A stretch of 64,000 bases of DNA from an uncultured Planctomycetota bacterium. GTDB taxonomy: Bacteria > Planctomycetota > Planctomycetia > Isosphaerales > Isosphaeraceae. This document shows positions 33,988-45,235 of the stretch, piece after piece. The notes beneath the pieces are model-generated. The model worked only from the letters and a program-made list of their open reading frames with translations. It did no database searches and was not told the DNA's origin. Position numbers and translations under genes: made by a program. Position 1 is the stretch's first letter, and each line of letters opens with the position of its first letter. Where the stretch lies: contig CAWGMQ010000010.1 of the NCBI GenBank assembly GCA_963823665.1, forward strand, positions 2,613,473 to 2,677,472, in the 5' to 3' direction.

Positions 33988-35119
33988 TTACCCTGTTTCT
34001 CCCACAGAGCGGATGCGCTCAGCGGGCTCGGCCATTCGTGAGCAGGCCGGCTGTCGAGAGCGACTGGGCGCACGACCCGGGCCCGCGCCGAATGGCCCCA
34101 GTATCTCGCGCAGGAGCGAGGCGCCCGTGAGTCCGTCAGCAAGCGCTTCATACGTCAAGCGGATGCGATGAAGGATGACGTCTTCAGCCAGGGCAAACAG
34201 GTCTTCCGGAATGACGTAATTGCGGCCATGGATCGAGCGCTCGAGCGCGCGAGCCTTTGATCAGCGCGATGCCGGCCCGCGGGCTCGCCCCCAGCTCGAT
34301 GCGCGGGTGGTTCCGCGTGCGACCAACGATTTCAACGACATGGTCGGTGAAGGTCTCGCTCACATAGACGTTGTGGACTGCCTCCATGGCGCGAACAAGC
34401 TCTTCAGTCGTGGCGATCGGCCCCCCTTCGAGCACGTCGAATTCGGTGCGGGCAACTGCTCCGCGGTCTTCGCGGCGAATGCCGAGCGAAGCGTTCCGCC
34501 GCAAGATTTCCTTCTCCTCGGCTGGCTCGGGATAGACCAGGCGGTGGCAGAGCATGAACCGGTCAAGCTGCGCCTCGGGCAGCTCGAATGTGCCGCTCTG
34601 TTCGATCGGATTCTGGGTGGCAATCACCACGAATGGCGCGGGCAGCTTGAACGTCTCGTTGCCGATCGTCACCCTGCGCTCTTGCATGGCTTCGAGCAAC
34701 GCGCTCTGGACCTTCGGGGCCGCGCGGTTGATCTCGTCTGCCAGCAACAGGTTCGTGAAGATCGGCCCCTTGTGCACCCGGAAGTCATTGCTGCGCTGAT
34801 CCAGGATCTCCGACCCGATGATGTCTGAAGGGAGCAGGTCAACCGTGAACTGGATTCGCGCGAAATGAAGGTCGATCGTCTTCGAGAGAACCGCGACCAG
34901 CAGCGTCTTGGCCAGGCCGGGCACGCCTTGAAGCAGCAGGTGGCCGCCCGTGAAAAGTGCGACCAGCAGCCGCTCGACCACCACGTCCTGGCCGACGACC
35001 ACTGTCCCGACGCGCTCGCGCACCGAGCGGATGAATTCGAGCGTCTCTGCGGGAATCAAGCCCGAGCCGTGATCGATGCCCTCGCGGTGTTCAGCGGATT
35101 CTGTGGTCTTGTGATCCAC
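33988..35119 (-). CDS. moxR: MoxR-family AAA+ ATPase (frameshift ~34240)
   Basis: GVPGLAKT, RIQFT.DLLPSD, LADEINRA.PK.QSALLEAM, ATQNP.E, LPEAQLDRF, GASPR. Confidence 0.95.
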
Positions 35120-35196
35120 GAGGACTTCCCTTCGGCGGGTTATTCGACCGTGACCGAATCGATCAAAGTGCGGCTTCGAGCCGTTTCTATCCCATA

Positions 35197-37636
35197 CTAT
35201 TGGGGCGGTTGCAAGTTCATGCAAGTGTTTTCTCTGCATTCTCTCGGAGTGCGCTGCATCTGCGAAGACGGCCTATTTCTGAGCTTGCGCGGTGTTAGAG
35301 TCGCGCGCGAAGACATGCCTTCGACTTCCCACACGACGATTCGTCCGTCTCCCAGACCGGCTGCGAGCAGAGAGCGCGACCGCAGAGTGAAGGCGGCAAG
35401 TGATTGCACAGAACCGGAAGAAGTGAATTGACACAACTTGCGACTGCGGCCGGTCTCGATTGTCCGGACTTCCCAGAGACAGACCCGACCGTCATCGCCG
35501 CCGCTGGCCAAACCCACGCCTTCACCACACCACTCCAGGGCCGGTACGAAGCCGCCGTGTTCGAGCGTCAGCCGGGGCTCGCAGGTTTCCAGGTCCCACA
35601 GCCGCACCTGGCCGTCGTCGCCGCTGCTGGCCAGGCGAGCACCCTCGCCGCACCACGCCAGAGTCCTGACCCAGGCACCATGGTTGAAAGTCACCTGCGG
35701 CAAACGACTCTCGAGGTCCCACAAGCAGACGCGGCCGTCTTCCGCCCCGCTGGCCAGACCTCATCCTTCGCACGACGCAAGAGCAATGCCCCGGGAGCCA
35801 AGCTTTCCGAGCTCCCAGCAGGAACCGGATCGCGGGCTGCAGATGCGAATTGAACGCGATTCGTCGGCGAAAGCGATGTCTCCGTTATTCAAATCGGTCA
35901 TCGCGGTCACGGCGGAATGCGTCTTGAAAAGCGCGAGCCGGGCGCCTGGCCTTCCTGCGACAAGCCGCAACCAGGCGCGCGACGTGGCCGCCAGACCGTC
36001 GCTCAATCTTAGCGCGAAAGCCCGCGCGGGATCGCTTTGGCTCTGGTACAGACAAGCGTAGGCTTGCGCCGGCAGCTCCTCGGGTGAGCTACTGTAGAAC
36101 GAGCCGCGGTCTACCATCATGCGATGGAGCGCCGTCGCAACCGCTGAGCGGCCGCTGTCGCCGCGCGAGCGACTCGAGCAGCCTGCTCCACTCCACCGGC
36201 GCGTCGTCCACCAGGAGGAACGCCATCAGCAAGGATTCGATCTGTTCCGGCGTGAGCAATCCTCCGAGGAATTCGAGAGCGCAAAACCATCCCGAGGGAT
36301 CCGCACGGACGCTCGCAACGACCTCGTGCGCCCATCGCGGGTCGAGGTCTTCCGCCATGCGCACCGCCTCCAGGCCGAGATGCGCATGAAGGTCTCGCGC
36401 CTGGAAGTAATCGAGAAACGAGTCATGCACCAAGGCCATCCGCGCCGGGCCGGACCGCATTTCCCCCGTCTGGTGCGGCGACATGCCGTGCCGGCGTTCT
36501 TGCCCGGCGAGCAGCTCTTCGGTCACAACCCCGTAGAGGTCGGCCAGAGACTCCACCTGGCTCATCCGCCCGGCGTCGAGCACTGCGAACAGGTGCATGA
36601 CCAGCGGCGTCGAGATCAGCCCGCCTTTTCCTCGACCGTGGCGCGAGAGGAAACGCTCGAGCTTGGCGCACTCGGCATCGACGTCGCGGTCGGTCCGGCT
36701 GCGACCCAGCTCGCTATCGACCTGCTGCTCGAACCGCCGGTAACGACGAAGGTAGCCGACGGCCCGGCCGGGCTCGATCGTCGCCAGGTCGTAGGCTCGG
36801 AAGACCGGCTCCGCGAGGGCGCCCAGGATGTCGTCCCCGTCCTGGCTCGAGCGGTACGCGGCAACGCAACGGACTCGATCGGCGTTTGTAGCTTGAAAGA
36901 GACGGAGCGACCTGGCCACGGCGTAGCGCACCGCCTCGGAGGAAATCTCGTTGAGGTCGATGAAGATCACGAGTCGGAGTCCGTCGGCCAGTTCACGCGA
37001 AATCAGCCCACTATTACCCGCGTCGAGCCCTGCCGCCTGTGCGAGCAGCTCGTGGACGATGAGCGGGCCCGCGACTTGATCGGCATCCTCCAGGGCGAGC
37101 TCCGGGGCGGTCCTCTCTTCGTCTTCCAGCTCGGCGAGCGCCTGTATGCAGGAAGCGCTCGTCCGCAGCCGAACAGGGAGCCACTTTGGCTCCGCCGAAC
37201 GGACCGAGGGACCACCGCAGATAGAAAGCGCGCTCGCCACATCACGAAAAGCCCGAATCGCGGCCAGCGTCTTGCCCGCGCCCGCTGGCGCGGCGAGCGC
37301 GATCCCCGCCGGTTGGCCCGCCGGCACCGGGGCTTGCAACGCCAAGGTCAACGAGCTCCAGCCCCGAGCGCCTTTCACCTTTTGGACCGGCTCGAGGGAT
37401 AGGGGCAAGTGGAGCTGGTCGTCGCACTCGCCAATACCGAAGAACTGGTCGAGCAATCTCCGCCGATCCCCGTCGGAAACCACGCAACCGAACCCGGCCA
37501 GTCGATCGAGAATTGCCTGCACAGGCAAGTCTTCGCCCGCACAACCGTGCTCGGCCGCGATGTGGGCGCCAAAAAAGGCCGGGCAATATTCGGCGGTAGG
37601 GGACGGACCTTCCTCGGGATGCGGTTCCTTGCTCAT
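35197..37636 (-). pseudogene. Divergent NACHT/STAND-like NTPase with WD40 repeats; broken or degenerate
   Basis: APAGAGKT, LVIFIDLNE, TPLVMHL, HDSFLDYF; LASSGDDGQVRLWD repeats in shifted frames. Confidence 0.62.
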
Positions 37637-37912
37637 CGTCACTCACCATTCGCGCTTCGGCGCGCCGCGGATATCGAGCGTTGAAAGCGAACCACGCGGC
37701 GTGTGGAGCGGCGGACCGAACGTCCGGATCGATCGAAACAATATGACTGTCCCAGCGCCTACCGGCAACCAGCCGCCGCGGCCGTCGCCACACTTGAAAA
37801 GTAAATCGCGAAGCCGCAGTCAGATATCGGGAGCAGTGCTGTAGAAGAGTCGGCGGAGGTCCGAACGTCGCGGACGTGCTTCACAACCTCTGAAAAAGGG
37901 AAAGAGTGCCCC

Positions 37913-39052
37913 ATGTCTCACAGCCATAATAAGTTACGTCAGCTCGTGAAGCTGGCCGTTGCCTTGGCAATCGTCATCGAATGGGCCGCCGTTGGGGAGA
38001 GCCGGGCCGACGAGACGCAATATGAGCGCGCGCTGCCGTCGGTCGCGCTCGTGATGTCACCTCATCCCGGCTCGGACCAGGCCAGTATCGGCACAGGCGC
38101 ACTGCTGGAGGTCCGGCGGAAGCTGATCCTGACGGCGTATCACGTAGTGGGTGAGCGAGCCGCAGTGGTCGTATTCTTCCCGCACACTGAAGCGGGAAAG
38201 ACGATCTCGGACCCGAACTACTACCTGGCTCGACGCCAGGAGCTCGGTATCATCGGAACTGTCATCGCGAAAGATCGGGGGCGTGACCTGGGGCTGATCG
38301 AGCTTGAGAGGCTGCCGGCGGGTGCGAAAGCCATGCCACTTGCCGCGTCCAGTGCCAAACCGGGGGAGACGATCTTCACGATCGGCAACTCGGGAATAGC
38401 AGCCGGTGTCTTGTGGAGGTTCATGGACGGGAAAGTCCGTCAAGTCTATGCAGGAACGAAAGGTCTCGACACGGGAGTCGAATTGATCGCACGGTTTGTC
38501 GAAATGACTGTTCCGATCAACGAAGGCGACAGCGGTGGCCCGCTGATCAACGGCGCCGGTGAGCTCGTGGCGATCACCTGCGGCGGGAATCAGAAGCAGG
38601 AATTGGTGCAATACGGTATTGATGTTGAGGAGATCCAGGCAATGCTTGGACATCATCTCCCGATGAACGGCCGGCTGGATTCAGTCGCCCAGCGGGAGCG
38701 CACCAAAGAACGCTCGTCCCGCCTATCCTACGGCGACGCCGATTATGTGCCGGGCCCACCTTCAGACTTCGCGAAGTTCTACCGGCCGAGAACGGAGATC
38801 AACGGCACGCAAGAACCCGCGGCGAGGTCGCCGCGACCCGCGACAAGATGGTCGATCCCGACGGACTGGTCCGCTTCCCGGCCGGCTTTCGGGCTTGATG
38901 CTCCGGGAGCCCGTCAGATCGGGGGCATGCGTCCGTCGATCTGGGACGAAGTTTACAGCGGCAGCCCTTTCACTGGCTCTGCCAGTCGGTGGCGCAGCTC
39001 ACTCGAACGTGATATTACGGGGACGGGCAATGCAACCGCGCGAGGACAGTGA
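37913..39052 (+). CDS. Exported trypsin-like (S1) serine protease
   Basis: Signal peptide; LTAYHVV, DLGLI, GDSGGP catalytic triad. Confidence 0.92.
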   Translation: MSHSHNKLRQLVKLAVALAIVIEWAAVGESRADETQYERALPSVALVMSPHPGSDQASIGTGALLEVRRKLILTAYHVVGERAAVVVFFPHTEAGKTISDPNYYLARRQELGIIGTVIAKDRGRDLGLIELERLPAGAKAMPLAASSAKPGETIFTIGNSGIAAGVLWRFMDGKVRQVYAGTKGLDTGVELIARFVEMTVPINEGDSGGPLINGAGELVAITCGGNQKQELVQYGIDVEEIQAMLGHHLPMNGRLDSVAQRERTKERSSRLSYGDADYVPGPPSDFAKFYRPRTEINGTQEPAARSPRPATRWSIPTDWSASRPAFGLDAPGARQIGGMRPSIWDEVYSGSPFTGSASRWRSSLERDITGTGNATARGQ

Positions 39053-42000
39053 AGAGTTCCACCCACCGCGAGCCCCCAGGTTCCCGGCCTTTGATGGGTT
39101 CGAGATCCAGGGCGAGCTCGGACGCGGGGGCATGGGCATCGTCTACAAGGCCCTTCAGGTCCAGTTGAAGCGGGTTGTGGCGCTGAAAATCATCCGTAGC
39201 GGCGAGCTTGCGTCGCCCTCGGAACAGGCTCGCTTTCTTGCCGAAGCCAAGGCCGTTGCCAAGCTGCTGGACCCACGAATCGTCCAGATCTTTCACGTCG
39301 GCGAGGCGCATGGATTGCCGTTCCTGGTGCTGGAGTACGTTGAGGGGGGAAGCCTGGCAGACCGGCTCAAGCACGGACCGTTGCCGGCCAACGAGGCGGC
39401 CAAGCTGGCCGAGACCGTCGCGCGGGCCGTTCACGTCGCTCACCAGCGCGACATCATCCATCGCGATCTCAAGCCCTCGAACGTGCTCTTGACGACTGAC
39501 GGCGCACCGAAAATCAGCGATTTCGGGCTGGCTAAAGCGCTCGGCGATCCCCAGCTTACCGCGAGCCGAGACGCCGTTCTGGGAACGGCCCGGTACATGT
39601 CGCCCGAGCAAGCCTGGGGGTTCCACCGCGCCGGGGAGCTCGGCCCGCCAACCGATGTCTATTCGTTGGGCGCGATTCTCTACGAGCTTCTGACCGGTCA
39701 GACCCCGTTCGCAAGCGAATCGGACCTCGAAGTTCTGGCGCGGCTCTGGTCGGAGGAACCTCAGCCGCCAAGCGCTCTCCGTCCCGGCGTGCCGCGCGAC
39801 CTGGAGACGATCTGCCTCAAATGTCTCGAGAAGGAGCCGGCGCGTCGTTACGCGAGTGCCGAAGGCCTGGCGGCAGACCTCGAGAATTATCTTCGCGGCA
39901 AACCGATCGAGGCACGCCCGGTGGGGCGGGCGGAGCGTGTGCTCAAGTGGGCCAGGCGCCACCCGGCGGTCGCGGCGCTTTCTTCGGGACTGGCCACCAC
40001 GATCGTTGCGAGCTTCGTGGGGCTCTTGATCTTTCTCCAGGTCGTGCGCCACGGGAATCAAGACCTCGCGAAGGCTAACATGACGGAACGGGCAGCGACC
40101 AAACGGGCGGAGAGCGCGCAAGAGGAAGCCGAGCGCGGGCTTTACCGTGCGAGGATGAACCTTGCCTCGGTTGCCCTGATCGAGAACGACGGCGCGAAGG
40201 CTCGCACGCTGCTGTCGGCGCAGTTCCCGCGGCCCGGACAGCAGGACTTCCGACGCTGGGAATGGTACGTACAGTGGCGATTGTTGCACCAGGAGCGCCG
40301 GGTGCTCCAGACGCCGGGGACTGGAAGGGCAGCACCGACGCTCGCGTTCTCTCCGAAGGGCCGGACATTGGCGACCGGCTGTCGCGACGGCAGCGTGCTG
40401 GTCTGGAACCTGGACAAAGAAGAACGACTCACGCTGGTCGATCAAACCCACGTTGCTTCTGAATCGTCGCTCACGCTCGACGGCAAGGCCTTGGAGCTGA
40501 TCCATCCAACCGCAGTGGTTCCTGAAGTGGCGTTCTCGCCCGACGCCGAGACCCTTGTTTCGACGGGAAACGACGGGAGGATCAACGTTTGGAACATGAA
40601 GACAAATGGTCCGCCGAATCGCATCACTGGCCCGAAGCGATTGTATATTGCGTTGGCCTACTCACCTGACGGTACTTATCTAGCCACTGCCGGAGCCGAC
40701 GGCACCGTGCGGCTCTGGGACGTCGCGAAACAACAAGAGCTTGCCATTCATTTGGAGCAACGGAACACGATCGTCCCCTCGGTGGCGTTCTCCCCGAGTA
40801 GCCGATTCGTGGCCTTCTGCGGAATTGACGGTTCGGTGCAGCTCGTTGACCTGCAAAACGGCAGGCTGCTTCAGATTGACCTTAAAGTCTTGGCGACTTC
40901 GATCGCTTTCTTCCCGAACGGCAAATGGCTCGCAGTTGCCAACGGGATCTCAGGTCTGCGGCTGTTTGACGAAGAACTTCGGGAAGCGTTCTCCTGGGGC
41001 ACTACTGATGTCGTCAGCTCCGTGTCCGTTGCCCGGTCCGGACGCCTGATCGCAATCGGTAAGTCACCCGCCGGCGTCACGGTTTTCGCCGTCTCTGCGA
41101 ATGCGTCGGGCAGGCCGATCCTGGGCGCATCGAAAGATCTTTGGCTGCAGGGAGGGATCGCTTCTTTGGCGTTCAGCGCAGACGACAAGGAGCTGGCAAC
41201 AATTGACGTTGAAGGCCGATTGACCCTTTGGCGCACAGACGAGTTGGAGCCACTTCACCTTTCCGGACATGCGACAAAAGGTGCACCATATGATGGAAAG
41301 TCCCCGCTTGACTCGGTTGACCAGCTATTAACTGACCAAGCGGTCATCACCGTTGCGTACTCGAGCGATCACAAGATTCTGGCCTCGGCTTCGAAAGGAT
41401 CGATCATCCTCCGCGATGAGACCGGGAATGTCCGAACGCATCAGCCCCACGCGGGTCGAACGATGTCCATGGCCCTGTCGCCGGACGGTAAGCTTCTCGC
41501 GACAGGAAACGAGCACGGAGTAATCTTGCTAGCGCGGACTACGGACGGGAAGACACTTCACCTCCTGGCCGAACTGGGAGTGCCATACACTAGCTTGGCG
41601 TTCTCCCCCGACGGTGCGACCCTGGCCTTGGGGTCGGAGGGCGAGACCGGCAGCGTTACGCTCTGGGATCCGAACCTCGGAACGAAATTGCCCCCGCTTC
41701 CAAACTGCTCGTTCGACACCGCCGCACTGGCGTTCTCCGCTGACGGCCGGAACGTGGTGGGTCTCGGCAAGCGCGGGGTGATCCGGATCTGGGATATCGC
41801 TGCACGAAAAGAGACCGCCGTCTTGCTCGATCCGACTGTGGAATTCGCGCGCGTCGCGATGACGCCGGACGGTCGTACGCTGTTCGCGGGAACAGAGGAC
41901 GGCACAATCCAAGCGTGGGACCTGGCAACCCGGCAGTGTTTTGCCGCTGCCCGGGCCCACGCGGGTAGAACCTCTGGAATGGCCGTCTCTGGGGACGGCT

Positions 42001-42446
42001 CAACCCTGGTGACCTCGGGCGATCGGCGTCTCCGGTTTTGGGACACAGCGACGCTGCAAGAACAAGCCTCCATTCAGTGCAGTCACAGCATATTATGCCT
42101 CGCCTTTTCCCCGGACGGCCGTACTCTCTGCGGAGGGGGCGGCGACGGGATTGTGAGGCTCTGGCGCAAGTGCACCGATCAAGAGGTCTATGAGGGCTGC
42201 CGGCGTCGCGCCGAGCAGATCCCGACTGACGTCGCGGTCCTGGAGGATTTCACCCTCGCATGCTGGTCGCGTTACCTGGACGTGCTACGGGGCGAGAGTG
42301 CGCCGCGCGCGGGCGCCGTTCGCGTCCTTCAGGAGGGGCTCGACCTGCTCGATCGCACGAAAGACGCCGCTAGCTGGGGTGATCGGGCCTACTGGACTCG
42401 AACCTTCGAGGCGACCATCGATGAAGCGAAGCGCCAGCGACTCTGA
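39030..42446 (+). CDS. Ser/Thr protein kinase with WD40 repeats
   Basis: GRGGMG, VALK, HRDLKPSN, DFG, YMSPE; TM segment; many AFSPDG..LA...W repeats. Confidence 0.93.
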   Translation: MQPREDSEEFHPPRAPRFPAFDGFEIQGELGRGGMGIVYKALQVQLKRVVALKIIRSGELASPSEQARFLAEAKAVAKLLDPRIVQIFHVGEAHGLPFLVLEYVEGGSLADRLKHGPLPANEAAKLAETVARAVHVAHQRDIIHRDLKPSNVLLTTDGAPKISDFGLAKALGDPQLTASRDAVLGTARYMSPEQAWGFHRAGELGPPTDVYSLGAILYELLTGQTPFASESDLEVLARLWSEEPQPPSALRPGVPRDLETICLKCLEKEPARRYASAEGLAADLENYLRGKPIEARPVGRAERVLKWARRHPAVAALSSGLATTIVASFVGLLIFLQVVRHGNQDLAKANMTERAATKRAESAQEEAERGLYRARMNLASVALIENDGAKARTLLSAQFPRPGQQDFRRWEWYVQWRLLHQERRVLQTPGTGRAAPTLAFSPKGRTLATGCRDGSVLVWNLDKEERLTLVDQTHVASESSLTLDGKALELIHPTAVVPEVAFSPDAETLVSTGNDGRINVWNMKTNGPPNRITGPKRLYIALAYSPDGTYLATAGADGTVRLWDVAKQQELAIHLEQRNTIVPSVAFSPSSRFVAFCGIDGSVQLVDLQNGRLLQIDLKVLATSIAFFPNGKWLAVANGISGLRLFDEELREAFSWGTTDVVSSVSVARSGRLIAIGKSPAGVTVFAVSANASGRPILGASKDLWLQGGIASLAFSADDKELATIDVEGRLTLWRTDELEPLHLSGHATKGAPYDGKSPLDSVDQLLTDQAVITVAYSSDHKILASASKGSIILRDETGNVRTHQPHAGRTMSMALSPDGKLLATGNEHGVILLARTTDGKTLHLLAELGVPYTSLAFSPDGATLALGSEGETGSVTLWDPNLGTKLPPLPNCSFDTAALAFSADGRNVVGLGKRGVIRIWDIAARKETAVLLDPTVEFARVAMTPDGRTLFAGTEDGTIQAWDLATRQCFAAARAHAGRTSGMAVSGDGSTLVTSGDRRLRFWDTATLQEQASIQCSHSILCLAFSPDGRTLCGGGGDGIVRLWRKCTDQEVYEGCRRRAEQIPTDVAVLEDFTLACWSRYLDVLRGESAPRAGAVRVLQEGLDLLDRTKDAASWGDRAYWTRTFEATIDEAKRQRL

Positions 42447-42615
42447 CCTCCCACGAGGCTAGCCCGCGCCTCGCCCGGCGATCGTTTTTCGCGCGACTCG
42501 GGCGAGCGCTCCCAGCAACCTCGCGCGTTCAGAAAGGAGGGCATCGCATGCGTAATTGGAGACACGACAGGGTTGGCGATGGCTGGCCACTGATTCGCGA
42601 TGCTAGAATCATGAT

Positions 42616-43266
42616 ATGGTGGAGACCGACACGGCACTCATCCGCCGCCTCCGCGATGTGCACGACTCCGAGGCGTGGGCGCTCTTCAGTGCGCATTACC
42701 GGCCACTCTTCGACGCTTATTCCCGGCGGATCAGCCGCAAGCTGGGGCTGGCCTGGGCGAACATTGATGTTGAGGAAGTCGTCCAGGACGTCCTCATCCG
42801 GCTCGCACGGGCCCTTCCCAAGTTCACGCTGGACAAAGACCGCGGCAAGTTTCGCTCCTACCTGTGGCGCGTGGTCATGAGCGCCATCGCCAGCCGGAAG
42901 CCGGCCGGCCCGGACGTCCGGAGCCAGGGAGATTTCGACCTGGCCACGCTGCCCCAGCGCGAGCCGGACGAGGAATGGAACGATGAGTATCACCGGGCCA
43001 TCAAGGACCGCGTCCTGGGCGAAGTGCGGCAGAAGTTGTGCGCGACCAATGAGACGAAATGGCGTTGCTTCGAAGGCCAGATCATGAACGGCCGCCCTGC
43101 CGCCCAGGTTGCCGCGGAGCTGGGAATCAAGAAAGACCTGGTTTATCAGAACTCGAAGCGCGTGCTGGACCTGGTCCGTGCGCTTTGCCTGGAGCGATTC
43201 GACGAGGAATTCGCCGATGTGGTGTCAAGTCCGGCAAGCGAAGGCCGCGTCGGGAGCTCGCTGTGA
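42616..43266 (+). CDS. ECF sigma-70 factor
   Basis: AW..F...Y, DVEEVVQDV, RGKFRSYL, AAQVAAELGI...VY. Confidence 0.88.
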   Translation: MVETDTALIRRLRDVHDSEAWALFSAHYRPLFDAYSRRISRKLGLAWANIDVEEVVQDVLIRLARALPKFTLDKDRGKFRSYLWRVVMSAIASRKPAGPDVRSQGDFDLATLPQREPDEEWNDEYHRAIKDRVLGEVRQKLCATNETKWRCFEGQIMNGRPAAQVAAELGIKKDLVYQNSKRVLDLVRALCLERFDEEFADVVSSPASEGRVGSSL

Positions 43267-44260
43267 CGGCAAGAGCACCCTGTCCGGACGGGGGCGAGCT
43301 CCTGGCGTTCGCAATTGATAACGAAGCGTCCGACCAGGTCAGGACACACGTGGAAGGGTGCCGCGCATGCCTCGAGCAGGCGGAACGCCTGCGTCGCGAG
43401 GTTCTCGACCGCCCGCATCATCTCGCGCACGCCAATCGCCGACTCGCCCCTGCCGCAACCACCTTATCCGCCAGTCATCGGCAAGTTCTACGTCAGCGGA
43501 ATCGTCGCGGAGACCGAGAGAGCTCATCACTTATCGCGGTGTCCATCCGATTGTCGGGCAAGAGGTGCTGATTCATCAATCGCGTGCGCTGGTGCTGACC
43601 GACGCAGCCGCGCGGACGATGCTCCTCGCTTCATGCCGTCCGCTCTTTGCGCTCAACGATGCACGGATTGCCCGGATCTACGAGGCCGATTTTTTTCAGG
43701 ATAGGCCTTACCTTGTCGTCGCCTCGGTACACGGTCGCACCCTTCTGGGCCAGAAGCTCGAGCGCGCTCGCGCGGTCGCGCTGATCGGCGAGCTGGCGCA
43801 CGGCATCGCGGCCGCCCACCGGTTAGGGTTGGTCCACGGGCACATTTCACCGCGCGGGATCGTCTTGGACGACGAGGGAAATCCCCGGGTCATCGATTTC
43901 GGCGTCGACTTCTTGATGAGCCCGGAAGCCAACCGGCACTCCGCCGCTTCGAAGGCCGAAGGCCCGGCCAGCGCGGCCGACGACATCGCGTCGCTCGGTG
44001 CGCTGCTGCACGGACTTCTGACCGACGGCTCGTCTCAAAGTGGTGCAGGGCTCGAAAACTCCAGGCCGCCCGAGCTGCCCCGGCCGCTCTCGGCGCTGAT
44101 CGCACGCTCGAAGGCAGGCGAGCTCGAGGACGCCGATTCGTTCGCACGCTCCCTCGATCGCTGTGCCCGGCCACGCAATTGGCCGCTGCTCGTGCTGGCC
44201 ACAGTCTTCCTGTCGCTGCTTGCTGCCTTTGTCCTGTGGGTCATGTTGCGCCCACATTGA
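43263..44260 (+). CDS. Zinc-finger anti-sigma-like domain fused to a degenerate kinase and C-terminal TM (two frameshifts)
   Basis: GTGA overlap with ECF stop; HVEGCRAC (HxxxCxxC); HGHISPRGI and IDFG; hydrophobic C-terminus. Confidence 0.72.
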
Positions 44261-44420
44261 GCTCACGGACAGCCACGCTCCGCCACGAATACACGGGGAC
44301 GCGCCAAAATTCTGTGCCAACCCTGTCAGAAGCGAGACAGCGCCCGGTAACACAGGGTGCAACAAGGATAAACGATGACCCGCGGGGTCTGATCCTTTTG
44401 TCCCTCAGAGGAAACGAGAA

Positions 44421-44685
44421 AATGAACTTGCTAGGTCGTGCGGCCTTTGGAGCGTTGGTTCTCGGCCTCGCGGGGCCCTTGCTCCTCGCGTGCATGGGGC
44501 CCGGCGGGCACGGGCAAACCGTGATGAATCAATGGCAGGCGTTGCCGCTCGGGGAGTTTCTCTCCTGGCTATTCGCCGCATTCGCCTCCACGAGAGGACT
44601 CGTGATCGGCGGATTGATCGGGGTGGCCGGCGGCTTCAAGGCGAAGCCGGCAGACCCCGCGAAAACGCCGCCCGCCGCCGGCTAA
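44421..44685 (+). CDS. Small membrane protein
   Basis: ATG after purine-rich stretch; two hydrophobic segments. Confidence 0.55.
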
Positions 44686-44782
44686 AGGCAAACGTTTGGA
44701 AACCCCGCGCCCGTCCGGGAGGCCGTTCCCGGACGGGCCGATTGTTGTATGATCTCTGACTTCTCCTTGAAGGGACGAATTC

Positions 44783-45205
44783 ATGAAGCGGATCGCGTTT
44801 GGGTGTGCGTGCTCGTTGGGCCTGGTGCTGGGGTCTGTTGTGGCGGCCGCCGCGCAGGCTCAGCCGGCACCACAAGAATCCACAAAGCCTGATTCCAAGC
44901 CATCGGGAAGTGCTCCAGGCCTTCCAGGACCGATCGGCGGGTTCAGCGAACGCACGAAACGACAACAGGAGATTTCGGACCAAGAGCTCAAGAAGGTCCT
45001 GAAAGGCATGAAGGACGCTACGGATAAGACAAATGCGGCATTGAAGCACCTCGATGAGAGTCTCGCAGCAGATCGCGCCAAACAGAAGTGGCCCGCAATC
45101 GTAACCACGCCCATAGCGGTTTTGGTGTGCGTGATCCTGTTTGCGCCGTTCTTCTTCGTGATAGTCATTCTCAAGAAGAAGTTTGCGGCGTCGGGGACGA
45201 AGTGA
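44783..45205 (+). CDS. Small exported protein with C-terminal TM
   Basis: Signal peptide, helical middle, TM followed by basic tail. Confidence 0.65.
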   Translation: MKRIAFGCACSLGLVLGSVVAAAAQAQPAPQESTKPDSKPSGSAPGLPGPIGGFSERTKRQQEISDQELKKVLKGMKDATDKTNAALKHLDESLAADRAKQKWPAIVTTPIAVLVCVILFAPFFFVIVILKKKFAASGTK

Positions 45206-45235
45206 CCCGATGCAATAATCGAGGAAGCAACTCTC

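Noticed and set aside
30240..39052. MoxR-vWA-STAND/trypsin ternary conflict system
   Set aside because: The MoxR operon has DUF58 and membrane BatA/B-like VWA genes of the chaperone type; proximity to the STAND and trypsin genes may be incidental
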